NCBI RefSeq assembly: GCF_000179635.2
Contig: NC_014833.1
Location: 2,880,001 to 2,912,000 of the forward strand
Length of the DNA stretch: 32,000 bases
Direction: 5' to 3'
Source: Ruminococcus albus 7 = DSM 20455
GTDB taxonomy: Bacteria; Bacillota; Clostridia; Oscillospirales; Ruminococcaceae
Shown: positions 15,837-25,571 of the stretch, in pieces
How positions within the stretch are numbered: the stretch's first letter is position 1
Layout: the number at the start of each line of letters is the position of its first letter
Notes under the pieces: model-generated
What the model was told of the DNA's origin: nothing
What the model saw: the letters and a program-made list of their open reading frames with translations, nothing else
The model's database searches: none
Position numbers and translations under genes: made by a program

Positions 15837-17267
15837 ATGAGCGAATATAACGGCGGCGGATATCCGCCTTATAACGATAACGGGGCACCCTCTGTTCAGC
15901 AGCCCTATGTTAACCGTGAAAGCTACGGTGAACCCAGGTATTATGATCCTCAGGGTGCAGCCAATGAATACTCTTACCAGCCGCCGGTCAGAAAGAGTTC
16001 GGCAGGCAGAAAGATACTGACTGCATTTGCAGCGATGGTAGGTGTAGCGGCTATAGCTGTTACTTCGATAGTCGGCTACAGGATAGTTGTCGGGAAGGAC
16101 AACATCACACCTGCGGACAGGCGGAACAATAATATATCCGATACGGCTGTGGAAAATAAAGGCATAGATCCGCAGACTGCTTCTTTCAGCAGGAGCGATC
16201 TTCCGACGCTGGAGCAGCTGGCAGCTCCCGATGATGCCATGAAGATACCCGATATCATCAGCAAGATGTCACCTTCGGTAGTCGGCATAAGCTGTATAAC
16301 AGACAAGGGCATCGGAACCGGTTCGGGTATAGTACTGAGCGAAGACGGTTTTATAATAACCAACGCCCATGTAATTAAGGATGCGCAGTCCATATCCGTT
16401 GTACTGCCGCCTTATTATGGCAATAATAACGAAAGCCAGGATGATCTGACGTATACGGCGGTAAACGTCGGCAAGGATTCGCAGACAGATCTCGCTGTGC
16501 TGAAAATAGACAGGAACGATCTTGTAAAGGCTGAGATCGGAAAGTCCTCGGAAGTGCAGGTAGGCGAACTCGCTATAGTAATAGGAAACCCTCTGGGACT
16601 TGACCTGGCAAACACTGCGACTTCGGGAATAATCTCGGCTAAGGACAGGACGATAACTGTTGAGGATATCACCATGAAGGTATTCCAGACAGACGCTTCC
16701 ATAAACGGAGGAAACTCTGGCGGTGCGCTGATAAATGCCTACGGGCAGGTCATCGGTATAACCTCTGCAAAGGTCGCATCGGCTGAGGTCGAGGGTCTTG
16801 GATTCGCAATACCGATAGATGATGCGCTGCCTATAGTCAGCGATCTTATGACATACGGATATGTAACAGGCAGACCCAGCCTTGGTATAACAGGCGCTGA
16901 TGTAAAGCCTGCATACTCCACCTACTACGGTATTCCGCAGGGATTCCTTGTTAAGACCGTGACCCCCGGCAGCGGTGCTGAGGCGGCAGGCCTTAAAGAA
17001 AACGATATAATCATAGCTATTGATAATACTATCATAAACGGCATAGTTCAGCTGAACGATGTCAAAAACAAGCACAAGCCCGGTGATACGGTAACACTGA
17101 CCGTATACCGCAGCAACCGCAAGATAAATATAAATGTCGTACTCGATGAATCCACCGGCGAAGAAGCATCTGTTCCCCAGGGATCACAGAAAGAGGATGA
17201 CTATTATGACCGGTACAACGACTATGATTATTACTATGATCCCTTCAGCTTTTTCGGAGGGTTCTGA
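15837..17267 (+). CDS. htrA: HtrA/DegP-family S1C serine protease with PDZ domain, membrane-anchored
   Basis: Catalytic triad contexts are ITNAHV, DLAVLKI and GNSGGALIN. The PDZ region is GLKENDIIIAIDN. N-terminal TM helix ILTAFAAMVGVAAIAVTSIVGY. AAGGAGGG SD. Confidence 0.93.
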   Translation: MSEYNGGGYPPYNDNGAPSVQQPYVNRESYGEPRYYDPQGAANEYSYQPPVRKSSAGRKILTAFAAMVGVAAIAVTSIVGYRIVVGKDNITPADRRNNNISDTAVENKGIDPQTASFSRSDLPTLEQLAAPDDAMKIPDIISKMSPSVVGISCITDKGIGTGSGIVLSEDGFIITNAHVIKDAQSISVVLPPYYGNNNESQDDLTYTAVNVGKDSQTDLAVLKIDRNDLVKAEIGKSSEVQVGELAIVIGNPLGLDLANTATSGIISAKDRTITVEDITMKVFQTDASINGGNSGGALINAYGQVIGITSAKVASAEVEGLGFAIPIDDALPIVSDLMTYGYVTGRPSLGITGADVKPAYSTYYGIPQGFLVKTVTPGSGAEAAGLKENDIIIAIDNTIINGIVQLNDVKNKHKPGDTVTLTVYRSNRKININVVLDESTGEEASVPQGSQKEDDYYDRYNDYDYYYDPFSFFGGF

Positions 17268-17313
17268 CAAAGTATTCTTCTAATCATTTTTTTCATATTC
17301 TTTACTTCCGGGA

Positions 17314-17347
17314 AAGAGCCGTACAGCGATGTACGGCTCTTTTTCTG
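17314..17347 (+). terminator. rho-independent terminator after the htrA-like gene
   Basis: AAGAGCCGTACA gcga TGTACGGCTCTT followed by TTTTC. Confidence 0.8.
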
Positions 17348-17409
17348 TCTCAAGATGTGTGATGCGATCTTTTATCTCCGAAAGCATCCGATCGCTGACA
17401 GATAATAAG

Positions 17410-17440
17410 CAAAGCGCTGTCCGTGACCAACAGCGCTTTG
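17410..17440 (-). terminator. stem-loop 3' of the LCP gene
   Basis: CAAAGCGCTGT - 9 nt loop - ACAGCGCTTTG, an 11-bp perfect stem 10 nt after the stop. The T-tract is weak. Confidence 0.5.
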
Positions 17441-17449
17441 AGTTTATTA

Positions 17450-18958
17450 TCAGTTATATATCTCTGCTTTAAGGAGACCGCGGCAGGATTCTATATCAAC
17501 ATCAAGAGTTGACTGACCGCCATGCGAACCGAAGCTGTATTGTCCCTCTGCGGGAAGACGCAGGGTCTCAATATCATAATTCATAGAGAATACAGCCTTA
17601 TAAGCCAGCAGCATCATCTCGGCGCGGCTCATATTGGTTGAAAGATCGGAGCATACCGCCTTTGCAAAACTGTTTATCGTAAGGGGATCGGATGACCTTA
17701 CCTTCTTTATGATCTTACCTATGACCTCACGCTGTCTTTCGGTGCGCTGGAAATCAGCGTTGCCCACGTATCTCAGCCTTGCATAGGCAAGTGTCTGGTT
17801 GCCGTTGAGCAGAAGCTTTCCGCCATGGTCAAGCCGATCGGTAGCCTCGGGCTGTTTCAGATAATGGTTCTGTTCGCCAAGGGGATCCTCCATGCCTGCG
17901 GCTTCACCATCGGTGATATCCAGTTCAAGTCCGCCTATTGAATCTACGATATCTATAAATGAAAAGAAATCAACATACACATAGTCATCTACCGATATAT
18001 CAAAATTATACTCTATGGTATCCATAAGCAGCTCTGCGCCGCCGAAGACGTATGCCGAATTCATCTTGTCCCAAACGTCGATATCCTCACCATTAGTTCT
18101 TTTGCCTCGTATCTCAACATACATATCGCGCATGAAGGATGTCATGGTGATAGTCTTTTTATCCTTGTTGATCGACAGGAGTATCATACTGTCAGTTCTT
18201 CCGTTCTCGTTCTCGCTTCGGGTATCTGAACCGATCAGAAGTATATTTCTTACACTGCTGCTGTTCATCGAGCCGTTTGTGAAGGTACGTTCTCCGCGCC
18301 CTCTGCGGTTCACAAGGGTGATATAGTAGTAAAGCAGAGCATTCAGACCAATGAAGATCACCAGCAGCAGTATTATCAGCGTTCTGAAAAAGCTGCGTAC
18401 AGGGTGTCGTTTTTCATGTGCGGGTACCCTGCCTTTGCTGCGTCCGCCAAAATGAAGCTCTTCGCCGCCATAATGAATCTCGCGCTTTTCTGGTCTTTTA
18501 GCGGGACGCGGTGCAGGTCTTTTGGTTTTTTGAGGTGTACGCGGTGCAGGACGTTCTTCCCTTCTCTCTCTTGTTCTTTCGGGAGCGCTGTTTCCGCTGC
18601 GCTGAGGTCTGCGCCTGCCCTCGGGGGCAGGATAACGCTGCGGGCGTTTTTCACCCGAACCTCTCTCGGGGCGATATCCCTGCTCGCTGCTGCGCTGACC
18701 CGGCGCTGTATCTCGCGGATACCTGCTGCCTTCATAGCCTCCCCTTTCCTGCTGTACAGGCGCGGTATACTTACTGTCATTAGAGGCAGAACCGTTACGC
18801 TGATACTCCGAGGCAAACGCATCATCGGCGCTGCCCATTGTAAGATCTATATCACCGCTTCCGTCCTCGCCTGCTATACGGGAATACTCTTCCAGCTGAC
18901 GAAGATACTCTTCCTCATAAGGATCCACGGGGCGGCCTCGCCTTTCGTTTTTATCCAT
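17450..18958 (-). CDS. LCP (LytR-CpsA-Psr) family cell-envelope polymer transferase with a long disordered N-terminal region
   Basis: The LCP core reads ILLIGSDTRSENENGRTDSMILLSINKD...SAYVFGGAELLMDTIEYNFDI. About 190 aa of Arg/Pro/Glu-rich cytoplasmic sequence precede the TM helix. Confidence 0.9.
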   Translation of the reverse strand: MDKNERRGRPVDPYEEEYLRQLEEYSRIAGEDGSGDIDLTMGSADDAFASEYQRNGSASNDSKYTAPVQQERGGYEGSRYPRDTAPGQRSSEQGYRPERGSGEKRPQRYPAPEGRRRPQRSGNSAPERTRERREERPAPRTPQKTKRPAPRPAKRPEKREIHYGGEELHFGGRSKGRVPAHEKRHPVRSFFRTLIILLLVIFIGLNALLYYYITLVNRRGRGERTFTNGSMNSSSVRNILLIGSDTRSENENGRTDSMILLSINKDKKTITMTSFMRDMYVEIRGKRTNGEDIDVWDKMNSAYVFGGAELLMDTIEYNFDISVDDYVYVDFFSFIDIVDSIGGLELDITDGEAAGMEDPLGEQNHYLKQPEATDRLDHGGKLLLNGNQTLAYARLRYVGNADFQRTERQREVIGKIIKKVRSSDPLTINSFAKAVCSDLSTNMSRAEMMLLAYKAVFSMNYDIETLRLPAEGQYSFGSHGGQSTLDVDIESCRGLLKAEIYN

Positions 18959-19166
18959 ATAATATCCTCTCCGGTATTCAAATATTTAAAAATGATAACT
19001 TAATCAAACGAACATCCCTATTATATAGTATAACGAAACGTTTGTCAAACCATCCGAGGATGTTTTCACCTCTATTTCACTGAAATTTTACCATTCTTTC
19101 TTACGGGGGCAAAAAAACAGCGCTGACTGCATACAAAGCAAATCAGCACCTTATTGTAAATTTATG

Positions 19167-19907
19167 TCAGATCCAGCCGCCGTCCACCCGAAGCACCTGA
19201 CCCGTGATGTATGCCGCTGACGATCCTGCCAGAAACAGCACTGCATCAGCGATATCATCGGGCTTGCCCATGCGTCCCATCGGTATCTCATCGGTCACGG
19301 CACTGAGATCCTCCGAAGATAGCGTACTGTTCATCTTGGTATCTATAAGTCCGCAGCTGACACAGTTCACGCGCACCCCGCTTGGAGCGCATTCCTTCGC
19401 CAGCGCCTTTGTGAAGCCTATAAGCCCTGCCTTGGCGGCAGAATAAGCCACCTCACAGGAAGCACCGCATTCGCCCCACACTGAGGATATATTTATCACA
19501 CATCCCTCATGCCTGCGCAGCATAGCAGGCAGTACGGCTTTGGTAAGACGCATATGCCCCAGCAGATCGGTGTTCATTATCTCTGTCAGGCGTTCATCAG
19601 TAAGATCGGTGAAAAGACCGATATCGGCTATACCTGCGTTGTTTACCAGAAGTTCACACTCACCCAGAGTGTTTTCGACCGCTTTCAGAAGATCCGCTGT
19701 CCCTGAGGGGTCAGCTATGTCGCAGTGAAACGCCTCTGCCGTAAAGCCCTGTGTTCTCAGTTCTTCTGCTAGTTTTTCTGCCGATGCCTTATCCCTGTTA
19801 TATCCTATGGCGGTCAGGTATCCTGCCTGTGCAAGTCTGCGTGAGACCGCGCCTCCTATACCGCCCGAACCGCCTGTTACTATTGCGGCTTTTTTTATCC
19901 TGCCCAT
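19167..19907 (-). CDS. SDR family oxidoreductase (FabG-like)
   Basis: TGGSGGIG cofactor motif, NNAG, and catalytic YSAAK. Confidence 0.9.
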   Translation of the reverse strand: MGRIKKAAIVTGGSGGIGGAVSRRLAQAGYLTAIGYNRDKASAEKLAEELRTQGFTAEAFHCDIADPSGTADLLKAVENTLGECELLVNNAGIADIGLFTDLTDERLTEIMNTDLLGHMRLTKAVLPAMLRRHEGCVINISSVWGECGASCEVAYSAAKAGLIGFTKALAKECAPSGVRVNCVSCGLIDTKMNSTLSSEDLSAVTDEIPMGRMGKPDDIADAVLFLAGSSAAYITGQVLRVDGGWI

Positions 19908-19982
19908 GATATACTGTCCTTTCGGTATGATATTTCTACTACATTATATCACGGATATCTCTGTTGTGCAAGACCCTTGCTA

Positions 19983-20126
19983 CTATATACCCTCTGGCGG
20001 CATTGGACGTGATGTGTTTTCAGCCCTGATATCATCATCTGCTGTGCAGCGTTCTCCCGACGGTATATACACTCGTGTTCCGTCAATCGGGTCAACGGGA
20101 AGAGGACAGTTTTTATTATCTTTCAC
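19983..20126 (-). CDS. possible small protein (47 aa)
   Basis: A GTG at 20126 with GAAAGGAG 7 nt upstream gives (M)KDNKNCPLPVDPIDGTRVYIPSGERCTADDDIRAENTSRPMPPEGI. The only support is the good SD; no family recognised. Confidence 0.3.
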   Translation of the reverse strand: MKDNKNCPLPVDPIDGTRVYIPSGERCTADDDIRAENTSRPMPPEGI

Positions 20127-20242
20127 AGTATCGCTCCTTTCATTTTTCGTTGACTTTATTATGCACCGCAATAGAGAAAATATCCGCAGCAGAAAACAAG
20201 TACAATAAAGCGTACACATGATGACAACTTTAATTTTTCCAC

Positions 20243-20271
20243 TTGTATTGAAAATATTTTTGTGTTATAAT
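20243..20271 (+). promoter_or_regulatory. sigma-A type promoter for the 20306 membrane-protein gene (possibly also sbcDC)
   Basis: TTGTAT - 17 nt - TATAAT with a TGt extended -10. Confidence 0.6.
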
Positions 20272-20305
20272 TACATCATCACATACTTGCAAGGAGTGAC
20301 CTGAT

Positions 20306-20851
20306 ATGAAATATAACAGAAAAACAGCACTGATCTACGGGCTGCTGAAAGGGCTTCAGACTGAGTTTTTCGGGATATTCGTTATGCTTTTTTTCTGGGC
20401 GGTGTCCAAGGCTATGGGCATTTTTGCTAACCTGATGTTCGGCTTCACGGGATTGATGTGCGTGGTATGCATAATAGCGGACTACGGCATGAAAGAGGGC
20501 GGTAAAGCCGCCAATGCAGATACTCTCCACGGTGATGATGTCGGCAGAAAATTCGGACTTAAAACAGGGCTTATCGCTATGCTGCCATTTGCGCTGACAG
20601 CCGTAATACTTGCTGTATCGAAATTCAGCGGAGCATTTGATTTTCTTGCTATATTCAAGATAGCTAACGCCTGCCTTTTCCCCGTAATGGATATTTTTGC
20701 ACATTCCGCTGACATAAAGGATATGAGCCCCGCAGTTTTCCTGCTGATACTCCCATATCTCGGGCTTTTCCCGCTTTCGGCTTATATCGGCTTCAGATGG
20801 GGCTACGATAAGGTAGACCTCAAAGACAAGCTGGTGTACAAAAACAAGTAA
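20306..20851 (+). CDS. hypothetical integral membrane protein (181 aa)
   Basis: AAGGAG SD. About five hydrophobic helices. Ends 27 nt before sbcD. No family recognised. Confidence 0.75.
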   Translation: MKYNRKTALIYGLLKGLQTEFFGIFVMLFFWAVSKAMGIFANLMFGFTGLMCVVCIIADYGMKEGGKAANADTLHGDDVGRKFGLKTGLIAMLPFALTAVILAVSKFSGAFDFLAIFKIANACLFPVMDIFAHSADIKDMSPAVFLLILPYLGLFPLSAYIGFRWGYDKVDLKDKLVYKNK

Positions 20852-20878
20852 GCCCGATTTCAGCAAAGGAGGATATCA

Positions 20879-22012
20879 ATGAGATTCGCACACGTTTCCG
20901 ATCTGCACCTGGGCAAAAGGCTGGGAAGCTACACACTCATCGAAGATCAGCGCTACATACTTTCACAGATAGCAGATACAGCATCTGCCGAAAAATGCGA
21001 CGGCATACTCATAGCGGGAGACATCTACGACAAGAGCGCACCGTCAGCGGAGGCTGTGAAGCTGTTCGGTGAATTCCTTACAAAGCTGAGCAAAGCGGGG
21101 CTCTCGGTATATATAATCAGCGGAAATCACGACAGCCCCGAAAGGATCGACTACGGACGTGAGATAATGGCAGGGGCTGATATACATATATGTGCCTGCT
21201 ACGAGGGCAGTGCAGAGGTGCTTACGGTAAAGGACGAGTACGGAGAGCTGGATATATGCTCGGTGCCATTCATAAAGCCGTCATTGGTGCGCAGCTATTG
21301 TCCCGAAGCGGATATACATACTTACACCGACATGATGCGCACTGTTATAGAACAAAGCGGCATCGACAGGGATAGGCGCTGTATAATGATGTGTCATCAG
21401 TTCATAACAGGGGCGGCTACCTGCGATTCGGAATATCTCTCGGTGGGAACTCTGGACAATGTGGATGCAGAGGTATTCGACGGCTTCGACTATGTGGCAC
21501 TGGGGCATATCCACAGTCCGCAGAACGTGAGAAAGAATATACGCTACTGCGGAACTCCGCTTATATACTCAGCCTCGGAGATATCGAACAAAAAATCAGT
21601 GACCATAGCAGATATAAAGGAAAAGGGTAATGTGGAGATAAGCACAGTTCCCCTCAGACCCCTGCGCGATGTTATGGAACTAAAGGGAAGATATGACGAG
21701 CTGATGGCAAGGAGTTACTACGAAAGCCTTGACACCGAAGGCTTCTTCTACATAACGCTGACGGATGATACGGATATACCAAACGTTATGCCCAAGCTCA
21801 GGACGGTCTATCAGAATATAGTTCAGCTGAGCTTTGACAACAGCCGTACCCGTACTGTATCAGTGGTGACCGCCGCTGTTAATACCGACACCAAGACCCC
21901 ATACGAACTTGTGGCGGAGCTTTTCAAAGAGCAGAACGGCGCTGATATGACCGAGGAACAATCGGAGTACGTAAAAGATATTATAGACAGTATATGGGGG
22001 GACAATGTATGA
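20879..22012 (+). CDS. sbcD: exonuclease SbcCD, nuclease subunit D
   Basis: Calcineurin-like phosphoesterase motifs are present (SDLHLG, AGDIYD, GNHD, GHIH). 377 aa. Confidence 0.95.
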   Translation: MRFAHVSDLHLGKRLGSYTLIEDQRYILSQIADTASAEKCDGILIAGDIYDKSAPSAEAVKLFGEFLTKLSKAGLSVYIISGNHDSPERIDYGREIMAGADIHICACYEGSAEVLTVKDEYGELDICSVPFIKPSLVRSYCPEADIHTYTDMMRTVIEQSGIDRDRRCIMMCHQFITGAATCDSEYLSVGTLDNVDAEVFDGFDYVALGHIHSPQNVRKNIRYCGTPLIYSASEISNKKSVTIADIKEKGNVEISTVPLRPLRDVMELKGRYDELMARSYYESLDTEGFFYITLTDDTDIPNVMPKLRTVYQNIVQLSFDNSRTRTVSVVTAAVNTDTKTPYELVAELFKEQNGADMTEEQSEYVKDIIDSIWGDNV

Positions 22013-24783
22013 GACCTCTTAAACTAACTGTACAGGCGTTCGGTCCCTATGCGGACAGAACAGAGATAGATATGGAAAAGCTTGGCGGCGAAGGTCTTTA
22101 CCTTATCACGGGCGATACGGGTGCGGGAAAGACCACAATATTCGACGGTGTATGCTACGCCCTTTTCGGCAAAGCCAGCGGAGATATCAGATCGGTGAAT
22201 ACCTTCAGGAGCGAATATGCCGATGCAGGCGTGATAACCTTTGCAGAACTGCTTTTTGAGTATGGCGGTACACAGTACCTCGTCCACCGCGAGCCGCGTC
22301 AGAAAACTCCCAAAAAGCGCGGTGAGGGCGAAACTGATCTGAACACTACCAACGAACTTTTCTCAGGCAACGGAGAAAAGCTTATTGCTTCGGGGGAAAA
22401 CGAAGTCACCGAAAAGATCAAGGAGATACTGGGTCTTGACCGCGAACAGTACAGAAATGTTGCGATGATAGCCCAGGGAAGTTTTGCAGAACTGCTGAAC
22501 ACCAAGACCGAGCACCGCACCAAGATACTGAGTGCCATATTCTCCACGGGAAAGTACAGGTTCCTGCAGGACAGACTCAGGGATGAGGCTATTGCGGTCT
22601 ACAGAAAATACGAAAGATCGGTGGACAGCATACGCTATCTGCTGGAAAATATAAAACTCGGTGCGGATGACCCCTTCCGCGAAGAAATAGCCGCTGCGGC
22701 AGCCGCACCCGAATCCGCGGCAGACACGGATATAGAAGAAGTATGCCATAAAGCACGTGACTATGAAAAAGCTTCGGCAAAGGATGCTGAGAAGGGATAC
22801 TCCGCGGCTGAAAAAAAGCACAAGGAAGCTGCACTGGCACTGGACAGCGGCAAGAAGCTTTCGGAGATCTTCTTAAAGCTTGCCAACGCAGAAAAAACTA
22901 TGGAAAAACTTCTTCCCGAGCTTGAAAAGGCTCGTGCGGAAGCAGCTGCCATGAACGAAAGATCTCCCGAGCAGAAAGAACTGATAGGTCAGATAGCTGC
23001 GGAGGAAAAGCAGCTTAAGAACTACGATGAGGCTGAGGCTGTTATGAAAGAGGCTGACAAATTGAGGAGATCAGCTGATGCGGAGCAAAAGAAGCTTGCC
23101 GCACTGAATGAACAGCTAACGTCGGACAGCCGCAAACTCGATGAAACAAAAAAGCTCATATCCGAGCTTGGTGACCTTGGTGCGATGCAGGCTGAAACAT
23201 CGGGTGAGGCTGAAAAATGCAGGAGCGAGCTGGAGCATATTATGGCTACAGGCAAGGAATTATCGGATGCGGTAAATATGGAAAAAGAAGTAAATGCCGC
23301 ACTTAAAGCCTACGAGAATAAACAGGCGGAGATGGAACGTCTTGAACAGCAGTATTCTGAGCTGTTTAAGCTTTATCTTGCAGAACAGGCTGGTCTGCTG
23401 GCTAAAAAGCTGGAGGACGGAAAGCCATGCCCTGTATGCGGTTCGTTACACCATCCGCAAAAAGCTGTTATATCCGATAAAGCCCCCGACAAGCAGACCG
23501 TTGACAAGGCAGACGCTGCGCTGGGAAGGGCTCGTGAAGCAGCTATGAAAGCGGCAGCAGACCATGCGTCGGCAAAGTCAGCACACAGCAAGGCACTGGA
23601 AACCGCTATGGCTCACGCCGGGAAGTACAGCGAGGGCTGCACCCCCGAAAAAGCCCTTGAAAACGCCCGTGAAGACTACAAGGTGAAAAACACGTTCCTG
23701 AAAGATCTTGAAAAGAAGAAAGAGCTTCTTGAAAAGCAGGTGCAGCAGAGATCAGCCGCAGAAAAGTCCGCATCCGATCTTGAAAAGGCTATCGCTGATA
23801 ATACACAGAGTATCACAGCTGTGCAGATCAGTTTAAAAGAGTTCTCCGCCAAAGCAGAGGAAAAAAGTCTTTCCGCCAAAAAGCAGCTTGATGCTCTTGC
23901 TTACAATAACAAGGCTGAGGCGATGAAACATATAGATGACCTGAAAAACAAGCTGTCAGCCATTGACAAAGCTATCAAGGAAGCACAGGACAGACTTGCA
24001 GTTCTTGAAAAACAGCACACTGAACTCACGGGCAGGATCGGTGAACTGAAAGAACAGACAAAGCTTCAGGAACAGCCCGACTGCGAAACACTTGAAAAGG
24101 CTGTCAAGGAATGCAAATCGCTTGCCGCTGCTGCACTCGAACGTCGCGACCAAACGTTGAAATGCCTGTCCTCTGCTGAGGAAACGCTTAAAAAGCTCAA
24201 AACAGAAATGGCAGACAACCGCGCGCTGCGAAGAGAGTACGGAATAAAGAATGCCGTAAGCTGCACCGTAAACGGCACGCTGACAGGCAAACAGAGGATC
24301 CCGCTGGAAACCTATGCTCAGATGGAATATTTTGACAGGATACTCGCCCATGCAAATGTAAGACTGCTGCAGATGACTAACGGTCAGTACGAACTGATAC
24401 GCAGCGACTCCAGCCGCGGCACTTCAAAAACAGGTCTGGATATTGATGTTAATGATCATTTCACGGGAAGTATACGAAGCATACGTTCCCTTTCAGGCGG
24501 AGAGAGCTTTATGGCATCCCTTGCGCTGGCACTGGGATTCTCCGATGAGATACAGCGTTCTTCGGGTAACGTGCGTATAGATTCGATGTTCGTCGATGAA
24601 GGCTTCGGCACACTTGATGACGAAACCCTCGATAAAGCCATTACAGCGCTGAACGGTCTGGCAGAGAATTCAAGACTGGTAGGTATAATCTCCCATGTGC
24701 CCGAACTCAAAGAAAGGATAGACAGACAGATAGTTGTCACAAAAGACAAATCCCTCGGAAGCTCGGTAAGGATAGTCACCTGA
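22009..24783 (+). CDS. sbcC: exonuclease SbcCD, ATPase subunit C
   Basis: Start MRPLKL at 22009 overlaps the sbcD stop (ATGA). Walker A GDTGAGKTT, a long coiled coil with zinc hook CPVCGS, signature LSGGESF and Walker B MFVDEGFG. Confidence 0.95.
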   Translation: MRPLKLTVQAFGPYADRTEIDMEKLGGEGLYLITGDTGAGKTTIFDGVCYALFGKASGDIRSVNTFRSEYADAGVITFAELLFEYGGTQYLVHREPRQKTPKKRGEGETDLNTTNELFSGNGEKLIASGENEVTEKIKEILGLDREQYRNVAMIAQGSFAELLNTKTEHRTKILSAIFSTGKYRFLQDRLRDEAIAVYRKYERSVDSIRYLLENIKLGADDPFREEIAAAAAAPESAADTDIEEVCHKARDYEKASAKDAEKGYSAAEKKHKEAALALDSGKKLSEIFLKLANAEKTMEKLLPELEKARAEAAAMNERSPEQKELIGQIAAEEKQLKNYDEAEAVMKEADKLRRSADAEQKKLAALNEQLTSDSRKLDETKKLISELGDLGAMQAETSGEAEKCRSELEHIMATGKELSDAVNMEKEVNAALKAYENKQAEMERLEQQYSELFKLYLAEQAGLLAKKLEDGKPCPVCGSLHHPQKAVISDKAPDKQTVDKADAALGRAREAAMKAAADHASAKSAHSKALETAMAHAGKYSEGCTPEKALENAREDYKVKNTFLKDLEKKKELLEKQVQQRSAAEKSASDLEKAIADNTQSITAVQISLKEFSAKAEEKSLSAKKQLDALAYNNKAEAMKHIDDLKNKLSAIDKAIKEAQDRLAVLEKQHTELTGRIGELKEQTKLQEQPDCETLEKAVKECKSLAAAALERRDQTLKCLSSAEETLKKLKTEMADNRALRREYGIKNAVSCTVNGTLTGKQRIPLETYAQMEYFDRILAHANVRLLQMTNGQYELIRSDSSRGTSKTGLDIDVNDHFTGSIRSIRSLSGGESFMASLALALGFSDEIQRSSGNVRIDSMFVDEGFGTLDDETLDKAITALNGLAENSRLVGIISHVPELKERIDRQIVVTKDKSLGSSVRIVT

Positions 24784-24806
24784 CCGACACAGACAAAAGT
24801 ATATAG

Positions 24807-24847
24807 ACTCGGACAGCTGTGACAGACCACGGCTGCCCGAGTTTTTT
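24807..24847 (+). terminator. rho-independent terminator after sbcC
   Basis: ACTCGGACAGC - loop - GCTGCCCGAGT followed by TTTTTT. Confidence 0.8.
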
Positions 24848-25094
24848 CATGTTGATAAAACGGCTGATGCAAAAACACTGTACCGTCTATAAATACTTGC
24901 CTCTCACGTACTGGTTAAATTTTATTTTCAGTTAATTATTTTTTTGCATTTGCGCACTTGGAATAATTGCCCAATAACGCAATCGTTTTATGAAGAAATC
25001 ACGTCACAAATATTCAGGTTAGTAATATTTTGATGTACATAATGCTGAAATCCAATATTTGGCGCTTTGCGATTGACAAATCGGTCAAATTTGC

Positions 25095-25123
25095 TTGACA
25101 AATTTAATCACTATTGGTATAAT
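25095..25123 (+). promoter_or_regulatory. consensus sigma-A promoter for abrB
   Basis: TTGACA - 17 nt - TATAAT with a TGg extended -10. A second TTGACAAAT copy lies 22 bp upstream (25073-25081). Confidence 0.8.
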
Positions 25124-25186
25124 ATAAATATAAAAGTTATCAGCTGCCGATAGCTGAAATCTATTGGGGAAAGGAATTGAGATTCA

Positions 25187-25432
25187 ATGAAATCTATCGG
25201 AATTGTTAGAAAGGTCGATGATCTTGGAAGGATCGTGCTTCCCATCGAACTCAGAAGGACCTTTGACCTTGCAGTTAAGGATTCTATCGAAATATACACA
25301 GAGGATGACAAGATCATACTCAAAAAGTATCAGAGAAACTGCATATTCTGCGGCGAAACGGAGAATCTTGTTGACTACAAGGAAAAGTCGATATGCGCTA
25401 ACTGCCTTGCGGAGATCAAGGGATCAAAGTGA
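25187..25432 (+). CDS. abrB: AbrB/SpoVT-family transition-state regulator with a Cys-rich C-terminus
   Basis: MKSIGIVRKVDDLGRIVLPIELRRTFDL...IILKKY is a near-canonical AbrB swapped-hairpin domain. The C-terminal part carries CIFCG...CANC. Confidence 0.9.
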   Translation: MKSIGIVRKVDDLGRIVLPIELRRTFDLAVKDSIEIYTEDDKIILKKYQRNCIFCGETENLVDYKEKSICANCLAEIKGSK

Positions 25433-25535
25433 TCTGAAGGATAAACTGTGCTGACAGCATAGTATCATCAACAGTTATTGCACTATTGCTGTATCCGGTA
25501 TCAACAAAAAGTTTCAAAACGTGCGTATAAAGATC

Positions 25536-25569
25536 AGACCCATCGGGGATAATCCCGATGGGTCTTTTG
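25536..25569. terminator. bidirectional terminator between abrB and nagA
   Basis: AGACCCATCGGG gataa(t) CCCGATGGGTCT followed by TTTT. An A-rich left flank serves the converging nagA transcript. Confidence 0.8.
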
Positions 25570-25571
25570 CT

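Noticed and set aside
16269-17075. 268-aa minus-strand ORF, and similar long antisense ORFs (566-1168, 7472-7996, 9386-10066, 18404-19003, 20279-20866, 27016-27633)
   Set aside because: All lie opposite well-supported genes (htrA, GNAT, murA, MBL/rlmH, LCP, the membrane protein, ATP-grasp). They have biased compositions typical of antisense frames and lack SD sequences.
22600-24300. Apparent repetitiveness in the middle of sbcC
   Set aside because: This is Ala/Glu/Lys-rich coiled-coil composition around the CPVCGS zinc hook, not DNA tandem repeats or a CRISPR-like array. No regularly spaced identical repeats were seen anywhere in the window.
25073-25103. Direct repeat TTGACAAAT ... TTGACAAAT 22 bp apart at the abrB promoter, as possible Spo0A boxes
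   Set aside because: The second copy is simply the -35 element. The word differs from the 0A box TGTCGAA/TTCGACA, and the first copy has no -10 partner. I keep this as a note only.
25330-25432. CxxC...CxxC C-terminus on AbrB as a novel domain fusion
   Set aside because: My recollection is that clostridial AbrB homologs commonly carry a CIFCG-type Cys-rich C-terminus, so this is probably the normal lineage architecture. It could be checked by aligning to clostridial AbrB proteins.
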